A stretch of DNA of 63,029 bases, counting the filler, from Choristocarpus tenellus KU-1152 (taxonomy: Eukaryota; Protista; Phaeophyceae): assembly GCA_964200185.2 (NCBI GenBank). It is 10 parts of 10 records of this genome, joined end to end, with 100 filler letters (N's around TTAATTAATTAA, not from the genome) between each part and the next. Parts side by side here need not be neighbours in the genome. Positions count along the whole stretch, not along the records: positions 6,072 to 13,825 come from CAXNAD020005640.1; positions 13,926 to 18,292 come from CAXNAD020014881.1; positions 18,393 to 30,483 come from CAXNAD020001979.1; 7 more parts are not named here. One strand, 5' to 3'. Below, piece by piece: positions 11,474 to 22,250 of the stretch (positions are counted from its first letter, which is position 1; the number at the start of each line of letters is the position of its first letter). The translations under genes were made by a program, and so were the position numbers. Below the pieces are notes generated by a model. It made no database searches and was not told the origin of the DNA. It saw only the letters and a program-made list of their open reading frames with translations.

Positions 11474-12560
11474 TCATGCAGTCAAGATGACCTTAGTTCG
11501 GAGAACCTATGAGAAATGGTGGACAGTGTGTAAAATTCTGTGCAGATTTATCTCTTTATGTCGTTACTCATAGCACAAGGAAGAAAGTTCATGTCAGTGG
11601 TATTGGAGTTGTTTGGTATGTATCCTTTATTCTATGATGATCTATGACTCCAAGCATCTCACACTCAATGAGTTCAAGGCTCTTCGTTCTCTGTTCTAGG
11701 TGACCCTCTGCAACACGTCACTCCTGCAGCTTGGGCATCCCATATCAGTGCAGACGTGAAAAATCATGAAATCATGTTTATTTGTCGAACACAAAAAGAT
11801 GCAAGATGGTAACCATGAGCACAAGCATGAGACCAGAGAGTAGGTAGCACGGAAGAAGAGTTGGTCAGAGTGGGCTCAAGATTTAGTCAATGGGTTGCGT
11901 GGGAAACACATGGAGTTGATTCAAGCTCATGAAAAAGACCAAGACCAGTGTTAGTAGCATAAAACACACGAGGCTCAGGATGGTTAGAGAATGTCCAATG
12001 CATAGAACCAACTTTCGGGGATCAGCTAAAGCTGGTTAGATCTGGTTTGACCTGCTTGGGTGTCAGGTTTGTAGTATCAGCCACAATAACAATCAGAAAA
12101 GCTGACCCTAATCCTATCTTTTTATTTTGCTGTCTATGAATAGTCATTGGCGTAAGGATACACATGAGAATGAAAGATGGTATTCGTAGCTCAATGGAGG
12201 ACAGACAGGTGCTGTCTCCTTACAACATAGTAATTTTTGGAATCGAAATTACAAGATACTGATGTAAACGGTATCTGAAACCCTTACAAAGATCACCTCG
12301 GGGGAAATCTTGGAAGCTCTTATTTAGCCGAGTGTGGGAATATGCAATAGTTATTTGTGGTAAGTGTATTTGACATCTATATACTTTTTGTTGGTTTTTG
12401 TTGTGTGTGTGTGTGTGTGTGCGTGTATCTGTGTGCATCAGGAAAGATGGAACTTATGTCACACTATTCTCTTTCTCACACACCTCGCTGGAACAGTTGG
12501 ATACCAGACTAACATGCTTCAAATAAATAGAAATGCTCTTTCTATCCTACCTTCTCTTTT

Positions 12561-13086
12561 GAGCCAAAATCAATTTAGAGGTAGGCAGGTTGAACAATTT
12601 TGCGCTCTAAGGTATCTTTCATACCCAGTGTAATACATCCTATTTCATGGTTACATGTGCACAATAGTGTATGCCAACTTATTACTCTCCCATTCGACAC
12701 AAAAAGTGACACCACAATTCCACAAAGGCTCTTTCTGTAACTGTACAAAGAGGCATATTTTTTCCACTTTCTCGGATCCTTAATAAAATGAAAACCGAGT
12801 GAAATTATCTTAGAGGGTACGAGTTTTTCACTGTTTGTCCATTTAGGGCTTGACTTCCCACGGGTTTTTAATGACATTTTACCTACTCCAAAATGTTTCG
12901 GAATAGGTAAAATGTGTATGTTATGAAAACATGTGTCCGGAACAAGGATACTGACATCTCCTAACAAACATGATAGCCAAAATTACATAAAAAATGCAAC
13001 ATTGGATTTTGGCCCCCTAATGGACGTGGCTCTACCCTCTAAGATACTTTGGCTCAACCTTGCCTACCTCTCAGATGGTTCGACTC
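12561..13086 (+). mobile_element. MITE family C hosting a nested family A copy
   Basis: GAGCCAAAATCAATTTAGAGGTAGG ... CCTACCTCTCAGATGGTTCGACTC. Confidence 0.75.
12797..13055 (+). mobile_element. MITE family A (~258 bp), TSD AACC
   Basis: TIRs GAGTGAAA(T/G)TATCTTAGAGGGTA / TACCCTCTAAGATACTTTGGCTC. AACC on both flanks. Confidence 0.92.
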
Positions 13087-13825
13087 TTTGTTAGTTTTAA
13101 TTAGGATTTTAGTTTATTAGGTGGTACGATATGACTAACAGAAAACTGTTGACAGTAGTACGTGTGGAATTACTTGCGGCATTTGGGGGTAAACACTTAA
13201 CGCCATACTGCTCCACTTCGTGCTGATTTCCAAGTCGGTAATAAACAAGTAATATGCATGTTAGTTGTCAGCCCACCAGGCCATGTGCTTCTATTTTCAA
13301 CACTGTAGTCAGCCTATATCCTGTAGGTGTATTGACTGGTCATAACGAGCACACATGTGCATACATCACACTGCTAGGTGTAAGAGTAAATTAATACAAC
13401 ATCAAAGCACGGAGGAATTTTGTAGGAGGTACTGAGGGGAAAAAAAATGGACTTTCTTCGCCTCTCTGAGACAGGTTGATGTGTGTGGATATGTCGGTTC
13501 TCCTGTACTTCCCCTGACTATGCCAGTGACTGTTGTAGTACAAGTAGTTGATCCGCTTTTGTGTGCATGTAGTGAAACCAGGAAAAAAACGAAAGAGGTA
13601 TCTATCACCAGGGAAATAGTTGTTTGATCTTCCTCATGGATGAAATCCTCAAAGAGCACTACTGTTCGTTAATGACGCCTGTCCTGTAGTAGACCATGAA
13701 GGGCATCAAAACATGTATTGATTGTCCCAAAACTTTGAAGCAGACAAGAGCGGTTAAAGTAGGGCTGTGCTTTGTTTGGTGGTATGGCATGACTACACAA
13801 GAAATAACCCAAAGTATCTGGGGGG

Positions 13826-13925
13826 NNNNNNNNNNNNNNNNNNNNNNNNNNNNNNNNNNNNNNNNNNNNTTAATTAATTAANNNNNNNNNNNNNNNNNNN
13901 NNNNNNNNNNNNNNNNNNNNNNNNN
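13826..13925. other. Artificial contig linker
   Basis: N44-TTAATTAATTAA-N44. The preceding contig ends in a MITE-B TIR/G-run. Confidence 0.98.
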
Positions 13926-16581
13926 CCCCCCCTCCCAGTCTTGCCCAGCACTCCTTGCAGCTCTGTTGTGGGCATTTCATCTGTATTACTGTTTACAGAT
14001 AGTTTTGCGTGTGTAGTGCTGAATATTTTGTTGATTTTTTTTTTTGATGCTGTATCTCTACTTCATCGTGGTGGCACTGATGACATGTACTGGGAGAAGG
14101 GGGGTATTGATTGATGTAGGAGTCGACTGACTGCTGCTGTGCACCGCCTGTTTCTGGTGATGAACACGACTTGAGAACATGTAGTAGCAATGCCTTGTGT
14201 GCAGTGCGTCTTGGATTGGGTTGTTACCTTTGCTGTGCTTAGTTGGGTTGTTTGTGTTGCTTGGGGTAGTCCACTCCCCTCCATTGTTCGAGGGGTGACA
14301 TACCACCATGACCTTCCAATGTTTTGGAACGAGCCGTGGGTAGAAGGAGTGAGCCTCATCTGTGGTGCTATAGTGTGCTAAATGCTGCTTCAGTGGCATT
14401 GCGGGGACTGAGGGGGTGCAAATCAAGGGTTTGTGATTGGTGCTTGACCAAGGCCCTTCTTTTTGATTGGTCATGGCTCATGGGATGGATGATAAGATAA
14501 ACGTTTGCCATACTGGGCTTGAGGTAGTATAGGGTGGGTGTCTGAGTTGTTGGGTATTGCTGAGAGGGTGGAGGGGTTAACTGACTTTCATAGCCAGCAC
14601 CAAACATTTGTGTGAGTGGTGATGAAGGATCGAACTAACTCATGGCAGAGTACATTCTGCATGTGGTCGCTCCACCTAGGCACGAAAGCGTGTGTGTATA
14701 CAAGGACTTGGAGGGGGGAAGGGGGGTGGGAGGTAGAGGAGATGGTACTCTTACTGTGACGTTTCAGAGGATGTGGAGGTGATCTGGTGCATGATTGACA
14801 AATGCAAGGCTTGTTACATACAGCACCTTACCCCCCATGCCCGGCCCTTCCTTTCTTCCCAGACGCTTTGTTGGTTTAATTGTTTGAGGGTGTTTTCTTA
14901 TGCAAGGTGTTGACTGTGCGTGTGAGCAGAGAGAGGGGCAAAAGGCCACATTTAAGTTCTTGCCCCTTGAAATTTTCTTTAGAGAAGTGTGTCTGTGGTG
15001 TGGTTATTGTGTGTGCTGAAATCAGTGGGATGAAGGCGATATATTTATGTTGTTTTTGTGCTTTTCCTCTTTCTCTGATTGGATGGTGCTTACTTTCGCT
15101 CACTTCCTATCGCTGCTCTCGTCTTGTGTCACGATACGTCCCCGGTGTTGTGTGAATGCGTATAGTATCCATGGAGTGTGTTCAAGTGGTTTTAAGAAGT
15201 GTCGTCTTTTGCTTGAGAGCTGTTCGGTTGAGGTTGTTTGGTTGGTACTGCTGTTAAAATGGCAACTGGTGTATTTTTATTTTATTTTTTATACAATCCG
15301 TTTGCCAAGGAGTATAGTAGTTGGGCAACAAGGACACACAGGACGACGCACTACTCGAATGTGTGTGCTCACAAACAGGAAGGGCAGTCTTGGCTTGACT
15401 TGATCGTGCCTTTCTGATTGGATGGAACACTTGGAGCTCATTGTTTTTGTTTGGCTGGGCAGGATTACACGTGGGTATGTATGTGGACGTGTTGTGGGTT
15501 GGGGTGGCGTGTGGGGCACACCATTTTGTTGTGCTCATTCGAAGTGCATGATCAACTGTATTGTTGTTGTGTGTGGTGAGTTCATCATGTACGTGTGAGT
15601 GTGTGTGCATTTTTGTGAGTTTTAGTCTACTATCTTGAGGGTTATCTAGCTAGGTGGAATGAGTATATTATTATCCGTTCGTCGCATTAGTAGTGTAGTG
15701 GTTGTTTCCTGGTTATTTTAATCCTATCTGAAGAGGAAAAACTACGAGTGGTGGGATGGATGTCCTCTCTGCACACAGGAGGCTTTCTTGTGTGCTTGCA
15801 TACAGAAGAAGATTGCTGATGGCTATCAATTTTTTTTTTTTTAAACGCAGAAGGAGTCATGATGACATTAAAGGGGCAAGGGAAGTTGCATGGCAAATGA
15901 CTGTAGCACTTCTACTGCTGCTACAGCTACTATTACCTATCATCGACTCATTGGTAGCCTATATATCTATTGCTTTTTTATTGTTAGGCACTATACTGGT
16001 TGACCTATGTTTTTTTTGTAGGTGCATGTCCATTATACCTCAAGGTCGGTTACATATTTGCGATCTAGTACAGTTACACACCACCACTGCTATTGATACT
16101 GCCAATTGTATTTTTTTTGTCTCGAAGAGACCTAAGAATATTAACATTTTATCTGTGAATTGTTGGTCCGTGAGACTGTTACTTCTGTGTATTCTTGTCA
16201 TAGATATACTCAATGTGGAGGGACAACAAATAATTATATTTTCTATTATACAATAACCCCAAAATCATGGGCCAAATCGGTAGATTTTTTGGCGTTTCTT
16301 CAAACTAATCACATTTTTTATTACAGGGAACTATAGTGCCAAAGAGCGTGTGCTTAGAATGAACGCATAGCTCTAAGGCTCATTTGTGAGGAGTAACTGA
16401 TGAAAATTCAGTCAGACACACATCAGTTGAAATGCAAACATTGTCAATCCTCTTCGACTGGGTGGTGTTGGTGCTAAAGATGCTGTGGGCTGGAGGGGGT
16501 TAGAGGGTCGATCATCAAGCAGAAGGAATTGTACATGAGGGAGAAAACTCTGATGATGAGAAAAAACCCCATTCAGCATGA

Positions 16582-16769
16582 GGCTCAAAGTATGTGGGAG
16601 GGGGTGGTGGCTGCCCATTTGGGGCCAATTTTTTCATCTTGTGATTTTTGGGTGATTCGGTTGCATACGTCGGATGGATAATGTAAGTGCACTTTTCCTG
16701 GTCATGGGCCAAATGGACACCCTAGAGCAGACCTCCCCCCCCCCCCCCTCCCCACAGATACTTTGGGTC
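16582..16769 (+). mobile_element. MITE family B, TSD TGA
   Basis: GGCTCAAAGTATGTGGG...CAGATACTTTGGGTC. TGA on both flanks. Confidence 0.85.
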
Positions 16770-16919
16770 TGACTAAGGTAGTCAAGACATTACAGCTAGA
16801 GGGTGATGAGGTCCTTCCTTTAGGGATGGAGGAGGTGGAGGAAGTGCTAAAAGAGGGCGGCACGGTTGGAGATCACCTATGAGGATAAATTGCAATACCA
16901 GCTGGAGGTGTACCAAGCG

Positions 16920-17203
16920 AGGTATGCAGCCAGTAGATGAGGACGAACATGGTGAAGGAGCTTGGTGATCCCCTCAAATGGTGGAAGGCGAAGGGGTAGG
17001 AGGAGTTTGTAGGGTTGAGTGAGTTTGTACGGAAGTATTGGCCTGCACAGGCCACTTCAGCTGCATCTGAAAGCTCGTTTTCCTCTGTTGAAGACACAGT
17101 CACTGCAAAGTGGAACTGTCTCTACGGGGATGTAGTTGATGACACTGATACGCTCTATCTGGTGGAGATGACTTTTGTGATCAAGTGTGGAAGGCATAGA
17201 TAG
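16920..17203 (+). pseudogene. hAT transposase C-terminal dimerisation-domain remnant
   Basis: DPLKWWKAKG*EEFVGLSEFVRKYWPAQATSAASESSFSS matches the hAT pattern DPLxWW...L..+A+KYL..PATSAxSERxFS. Contains in-frame stops. Confidence 0.8.
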
Positions 17204-17303
17204 GTAGCAGGAAATCATTGTGATCGTGGATAGATATGCAGCGCCCTCTGTAGTAGTGTTCTTGTCACCTCTGGCTCAACTACCTACGTGGGCTTAGGTT
17301 AGA

Positions 17304-17550
17304 GGGTCGAACCAATTGAGAGGTAGGTAGGTTTGGGACTGTTGCATTCTAAGTCATCTTTCTTACCCTGTGCAATACACTCTGTTCCATTGCTTTATGT
17401 GCACAATGGTGTTCGCAAAATTGATATTCCACGTTTAAGTGACACCGCAATTTAACAAAAGCTCTCTGCAACTGTACAAAATGGCGTCTTCTTGCCCTTT
17501 CTCAATGTCTTTAAAATGCGCCCCAGTCTACCTCTTGGTTGGTTTGGCTC
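17304..17550 (+). mobile_element. MITE family C (~250 bp)
   Basis: Imperfect TIRs GGGTCGAACCAATTGAGAGGTAG / CTACCTCTTGGTTGGTTTGGCTC. No clear TSD. Confidence 0.75.
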
Positions 17551-18234
17551 GGAGTATTACATGGTGTGTTGTGTTCTCTTAGTTAGCTTGTTTATGTTCA
17601 TCTTGCTCTCATCATATCAGACACTGCACTGACTGTCGACAAGAAGAGCTGAGTGACACAACTTGGGTATATATATATATATATATATATATGAATCTTG
17701 TGATTCTGTAGCGGGGAGGTTCACTCAGACAAGGGTAGTGAAGAGAATCGCCGGGCAAGACGGACCAGACGGACCAAGACGAACCGTAACCGAGAGGACG
17801 AGGTTAGGTTGGACAAGTGCAAGACTGCAAGGACTTGCATAAAGCTGTGGAGACTTACTTGACTAAGGATCTTGAGGGAGAGGATCAACAAAAATGTCAA
17901 GACGTGAGAGCAAAGTGAACGTTTCATGTTTGACAACTCTGATGAAAGAGCAGTCCCATATCTGTGGAATTGGGCTCTTGAAGAGATTCCATGGATTCAT
18001 TCTCACGGAAGATCCACTGGAATCAGGGATTCCTGACAAGGAACCTCAATCGGTGTAACGGTATAACGGTATAACGGTATTTGGCATATGGGAAAACGGT
18101 ATACCAACAGACAAACCTGATTTCCAAATCACCCCCCATTCTGATCGACCTTGAAGTAGTCATGTACACATGAGTCAAGGTCAACCAAAAATTGAGCGCT
18201 GAGAGTAAAACGGGAAATATTTATGACTATTAGT

Positions 18235-18292
18235 GAGTGAAACTATCTTAGAGGGTACGAATTTTTCCCTGTTTGTCTATTTGTGGGGCTTG
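18235..18292 (+). mobile_element. MITE family A, left end only at contig edge
   Basis: GAGTGAAACTATCTTAGAGGGTACGAA... Confidence 0.8.
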
Positions 18293-18392
18293 NNNNNNNN
18301 NNNNNNNNNNNNNNNNNNNNNNNNNNNNNNNNNNNNTTAATTAATTAANNNNNNNNNNNNNNNNNNNNNNNNNNNNNNNNNNNNNNNNNNNN
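18293..18392. other. Artificial contig linker
   Basis: N44-TTAATTAATTAA-N44. Confidence 0.98.
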
Positions 18393-19050
18393 GAGTTGAT
18401 AGTGGCATGGTAGTAGAACCAGACCCTCATTCCCAACAACGCCAAGGCTGTAGCTTGTTTAGTAGGTAGAATGTAGAACACAGATATGGATGAGGCTTTT
18501 TTTCGGTCCTGTTCGACTGTGGAAAGTATCTCACTCGAGAGTACCTTCTCTTAGTGTAAGGTAGTTGGCGAGATGAAGCTCTCCATGCCCAGTCGGCATG
18601 GAGATGTAGATAGAATATTCATGTGTGAAGAGTTAGAACATCGCCTACTAGCTGAAACGATCAGCATGATGGTGTGCTCTCTCAACATGAATATAAAAAA
18701 CACGTATGTCCATCCATCTCCTCCTCTCCTTGGAGGGGTTGCATCCTTTTTAGTTTTTGGTGTTTATTGGATAGTAGTTACAGCACTGAAGAATTGGCCT
18801 CCAGAATGTATATGTTTGATTGTGTATAATCGTTCTGCAGTGTATTTAGTAGGTGTTGTGAGTTGCTTGCCATGTGAGAATAAATTCAAGGTATGGAGCC
18901 CAGGGGCTGCATTGTTTTCAATCACTAGACACTGTGGAGAGATCTTCGAACTAAAGATCCAGAGTCTTGAAGCTCTAGAGACAGAGCTTTCCGCTTTTGT
19001 TTTCAAGTATATTCTTCCGTTGTTGCGTGTAACATTCTTGCTGGTCGTCT
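18393..19050 (-). pseudogene. Probable highly decayed Ty1/Copia reverse transcriptase fragment
   Basis: Across frames and in Copia order: HGKQ...RLYTIKHIHSGG (cf. PxGKK..KWVYKIK..DG), HTIMLIVS, HMNI, IYISMPTG (cf. IYMxQPxG), KQA..W. Each match is weak on its own. Confidence 0.4.
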
Positions 19051-20493
19051 AGGTTAGTCTTGTAGGTTTCTACCTGCTCAGAGGAAAACGTAAAAGGAAA
19101 AGGACAAAAATAAAAACCTGTTTTGAAATTACTGTTGTGGGGCTCTGTGGCATGAAGGTCGAGAGACTGAGGTTCTATCTCGACTTACGATTCTTGACAG
19201 ATTTTTCTTCTTCTCGTGTGTAAACCCTTACAGTAGGTCTTGGGTTGTTGGGTGTTGTGGGTTGTGTGCTTCAAGAAGGTGCGGAAGGCGTAGCAAAGAG
19301 TCCAAGATAATGGATTCAAGCGCTAATGTAGAGCTCTACGACTTGTTTGTAGTAGACAAAAAAATATCTGTGATGTTAAATACGCGAGGTCACCCTTGGT
19401 AGTACACACATGTATATACTTGAAATCGGGTTTTGGTCCTAAATGGGCGAGTGTACGCCAAAAAACGTGGAATCATGGAGACTTCCCGCTTCGTTGTCTT
19501 TCTACCCCTACTTTCCACTAGGAGGATATCTTCTGTCCACATGCGCCCAGTCATAATCCCTCCATCCCACATTCCCTATGAACTCCTCGGATACCCAGTC
19601 TGGCTTGAGGTCTTTCACTGATGAACCCTTTCGTGTACACCCCCTACCTTTTTGTTTTCCCTTGCCACTGTGCCATCCGGTTTATCCCACTACCCATGAG
19701 ATCTCTCACCCTTACAAAACACAGATTACTTCATAAATTATCCTTTCTGTGATATATTTACAATATATGTAAGCTGTAGTAGTGGTGTGACTCTACTAGT
19801 AGTGTTGACTACTGACTGGTTGTGCGAACACGTCGACATACGTGGCCTGTAGTGTTTTTGCATGATGATGATGAAATTGTGGTGATCACTTGTTGACCGA
19901 TGGAGAAATCTTGGTTAAAGTTTTCAACGAAGATTCTTCCGGTTGATATCGAGATAGGCGATATCTCATACAGATGTCTTCCTTCCATGCTATCGGCTAG
20001 TTGCCTTCGCCACATCTGCACCAAATTACGATATGAATATCTCCATAGAATATGTGTCACCTCCTCGGGTATGGCGCATATGGTGCACAAACCAGAAGGC
20101 GACACGGCCCTAATCTAATTACAACGCAAGGAAAAAGGAGAAGTGTATTGCTGCCTTCTGTTCAGAGTTCGGAGAGAAAGGGGAAGGCAAGGTCTTGTAT
20201 CGGGGCAGTGAACAAACGAACATGTTGCAATTCTACGATAGTGATATCGCATCAGACGATCCGATGGGCGGGACATTTGGAGGTTGCCAAATCGTGTGTG
20301 GAGATGAAAATGAATATGATCAAGGGGTATCAAAATGGAAACCAAAGTGGTTTAACCAATGAAGTGATGTACTGAGTCGCATGGGTGTTCCTTGACTTTC
20401 ATCCCTTCCCCCCTTCCCATCAACCCTCATTTCATTCCTCAATAGCCGTCTGCTCCCTTCTACCCTTGCCTCGTAACACCAACAGAAATCGAG

Positions 20494-21392
20494 ATGAAGA
20501 CCTCCAACCAGATGTTCCTTGGTGCCACAGCTGCGGCTGTGTCTGCGACCTCTGCCTTCCTGCAGCCCCTTGGTGGATCCCTGGCTGTCGGGCGCGGCAC
20601 TGCTACGCCTTCTGGACTGAAGATGAGCGCAGGATCTGACTACGTTGCAACCCTTCCCGGTGCCCCCTTCTCGGACGGGGCTGTGTGGGATCCCCTTGGA
20701 TTCTCGGTCAAGAACGACCCCGAGACGATCAAGAAGTTCCGTGAAGCGGAGGTGAAGCATGGTCGCGTTGCCATGCTCGCCGCCGTGGGCATCCTTGTGG
20801 CTGAGGTGAGCTTGTTATTTCTCCTGTAACTCCGTGCCGTGTAGCTGGCATCCAGTCTCCTCCCGCGTGTCTAGTGTTAAATAGCGTCCTCTGGAGTGTG
20901 AGTCTGTGTTGTCCGTAGTGGTGATCGCCAATACCGTCGAAGCATGTCGAATCACTCTTATTGATCTCGTTGCATATCACCCGCGATTGCCACACGCTCC
21001 CCTTCAATCGCTACTGTTTGCAGAGCTTCCACCCCCTGTTTATGGGCCCCAACTACATCGGCCCCGCCGTGGACCACTTCCAGGAGATCACCGCCCGCTT
21101 CCCCGCCTTCTGGGTGGCAGCCGTGACCGGCATCGCCTTCGTGGAGTACCAGGCCATCACGCAGGGTTGGGGAGAGTTGGACTCCACCACCGGGACGGGT
21201 AACCTCAAGGCCGAGTACACCCCAGGAGACATCGGGTTCGATCCTGCTGGGCTCAAGCCCGAATCTCCTGAGGAGTTGAAGGTGATGCAGACGAAGGAGC
21301 TGAACAACGGACGACTGGCGATGATCGGAGTAGCGGGTATGCTGGTTCAGGAGCTTGTGGACGCCCAGAGCATCCTCGGTCACTTTACGTAG
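20494..21392 (+). CDS. LHCX: Light-harvesting complex stress-related protein (LHCX/LI818/LHCSR family), 226 aa; exons 20494-20805 and 21024-21392
   Basis: FREAEVKHGRVAMLA (helix 1), FHPLF..GPAVDHFQ, PGDIGFDPAGLKP..PEELKVMQTKELNNGRLAMIG (LHCSR/LHCX-typical). Phase-0 intron GTGAGC...TTGCAG of 218 bp. Signal peptide ends ATSA-F (ASAFAP-type). Confidence 0.95.
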
Positions 21393-22109
21393 GGCACTCT
21401 GCCTTGCAGTGGTGGGGCAAGCGCGTGACATAGGCTATAGTTTGTGGTGTGCATTGCCTTGGGGTGTCACCACGTTTTTTTGATTCATAACGGAGGGACA
21501 TGGATTCCTCCTCTGCGGGCTCAACAATTTTGTAGACTTGTATTAGTATCGACCAACCGAACACACCATGTATGTGTCCTCTGTCTCTTGTCGGGAGATA
21601 GGTCATTGGTTTCGGTTGCTCGGTGCAATCCGGTGCCCGATGTGTATGTGATGATGTACATAGATGTCGAGGGTGTGGAGAGAAGTAGATATACTGCCGA
21701 TGGGTCTGGTGGTAAGGGCGAAGATGTGACTGTTTGAATAAGTAAGCTTTAATCCAAGGTTCGTATTCCTCTGTCTCCGATGCGTCGCACAATGCCACCC
21801 CTTGTCGATTTTTGTTCTGCGTGTCACTACAGGCAGGATGTGCCTGCCCTCATGTTGTTCTCTATTCACACTCAGTTCCCAACATTGCGATTCTCAGCAC
21901 TTTGTGACTGTTCGTCGAATCTACACGGAAAGGAAGGTGCACAATATCGAGCAGATCGGAAGGATAGGAAAGTGTGGATCTATGCTTACTTACACCTATC
22001 ATGGAGGTCTGAACTATCACTGGGATATCCCCACCTTCAAATGACTTTCAACATCCCCTCAACCTATTCTTTCACATTGATATCTCAATTTGTGGTGGTC
22101 TATGCTTTT

Positions 22110-22250
22110 GAGTCAAAGTAATTGAGAGGTACCCAGAGTTGCAATTTAGGGATGTTTGGAAAGAAGTGCATATTTCGACTTTTTGTACAAATGTGTGTAG
22201 GATAATGTTTTATTTATTGTGTCAAAGAGGTGCAAGAAATAGGGAAATAG
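22110..22250. mobile_element. Degenerate MITE-C-related end
   Basis: GAGTCAAAGTAATTGAGAGGTAC resembles family C/A termini. A similar fragment ends at 31523. Confidence 0.4.

Larger units (their letters stand above)
18393..22047 (+). repeat. Left arm (3655 bp) of a large inverted repeat
   Basis: Reverse complement of 26825-30483. Mirrored ORF coordinates sum to 48876 and the translations are identical. One 4-bp indel near the inner end. Confidence 0.97.

Noticed and set aside
18573-19052. 159-aa ORF and its mirror 29824-30303
   Set aside because: No recognisable domain; antisense to the probable Copia remnant.
20355-20361. CCAAT box upstream of LHCX
   Set aside because: A short motif expected by chance, with no TSS data.
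20320-21431. Antisense and alternate-frame ORFs over LHCX
   Set aside because: Shadow ORFs of GC-rich coding sequence.
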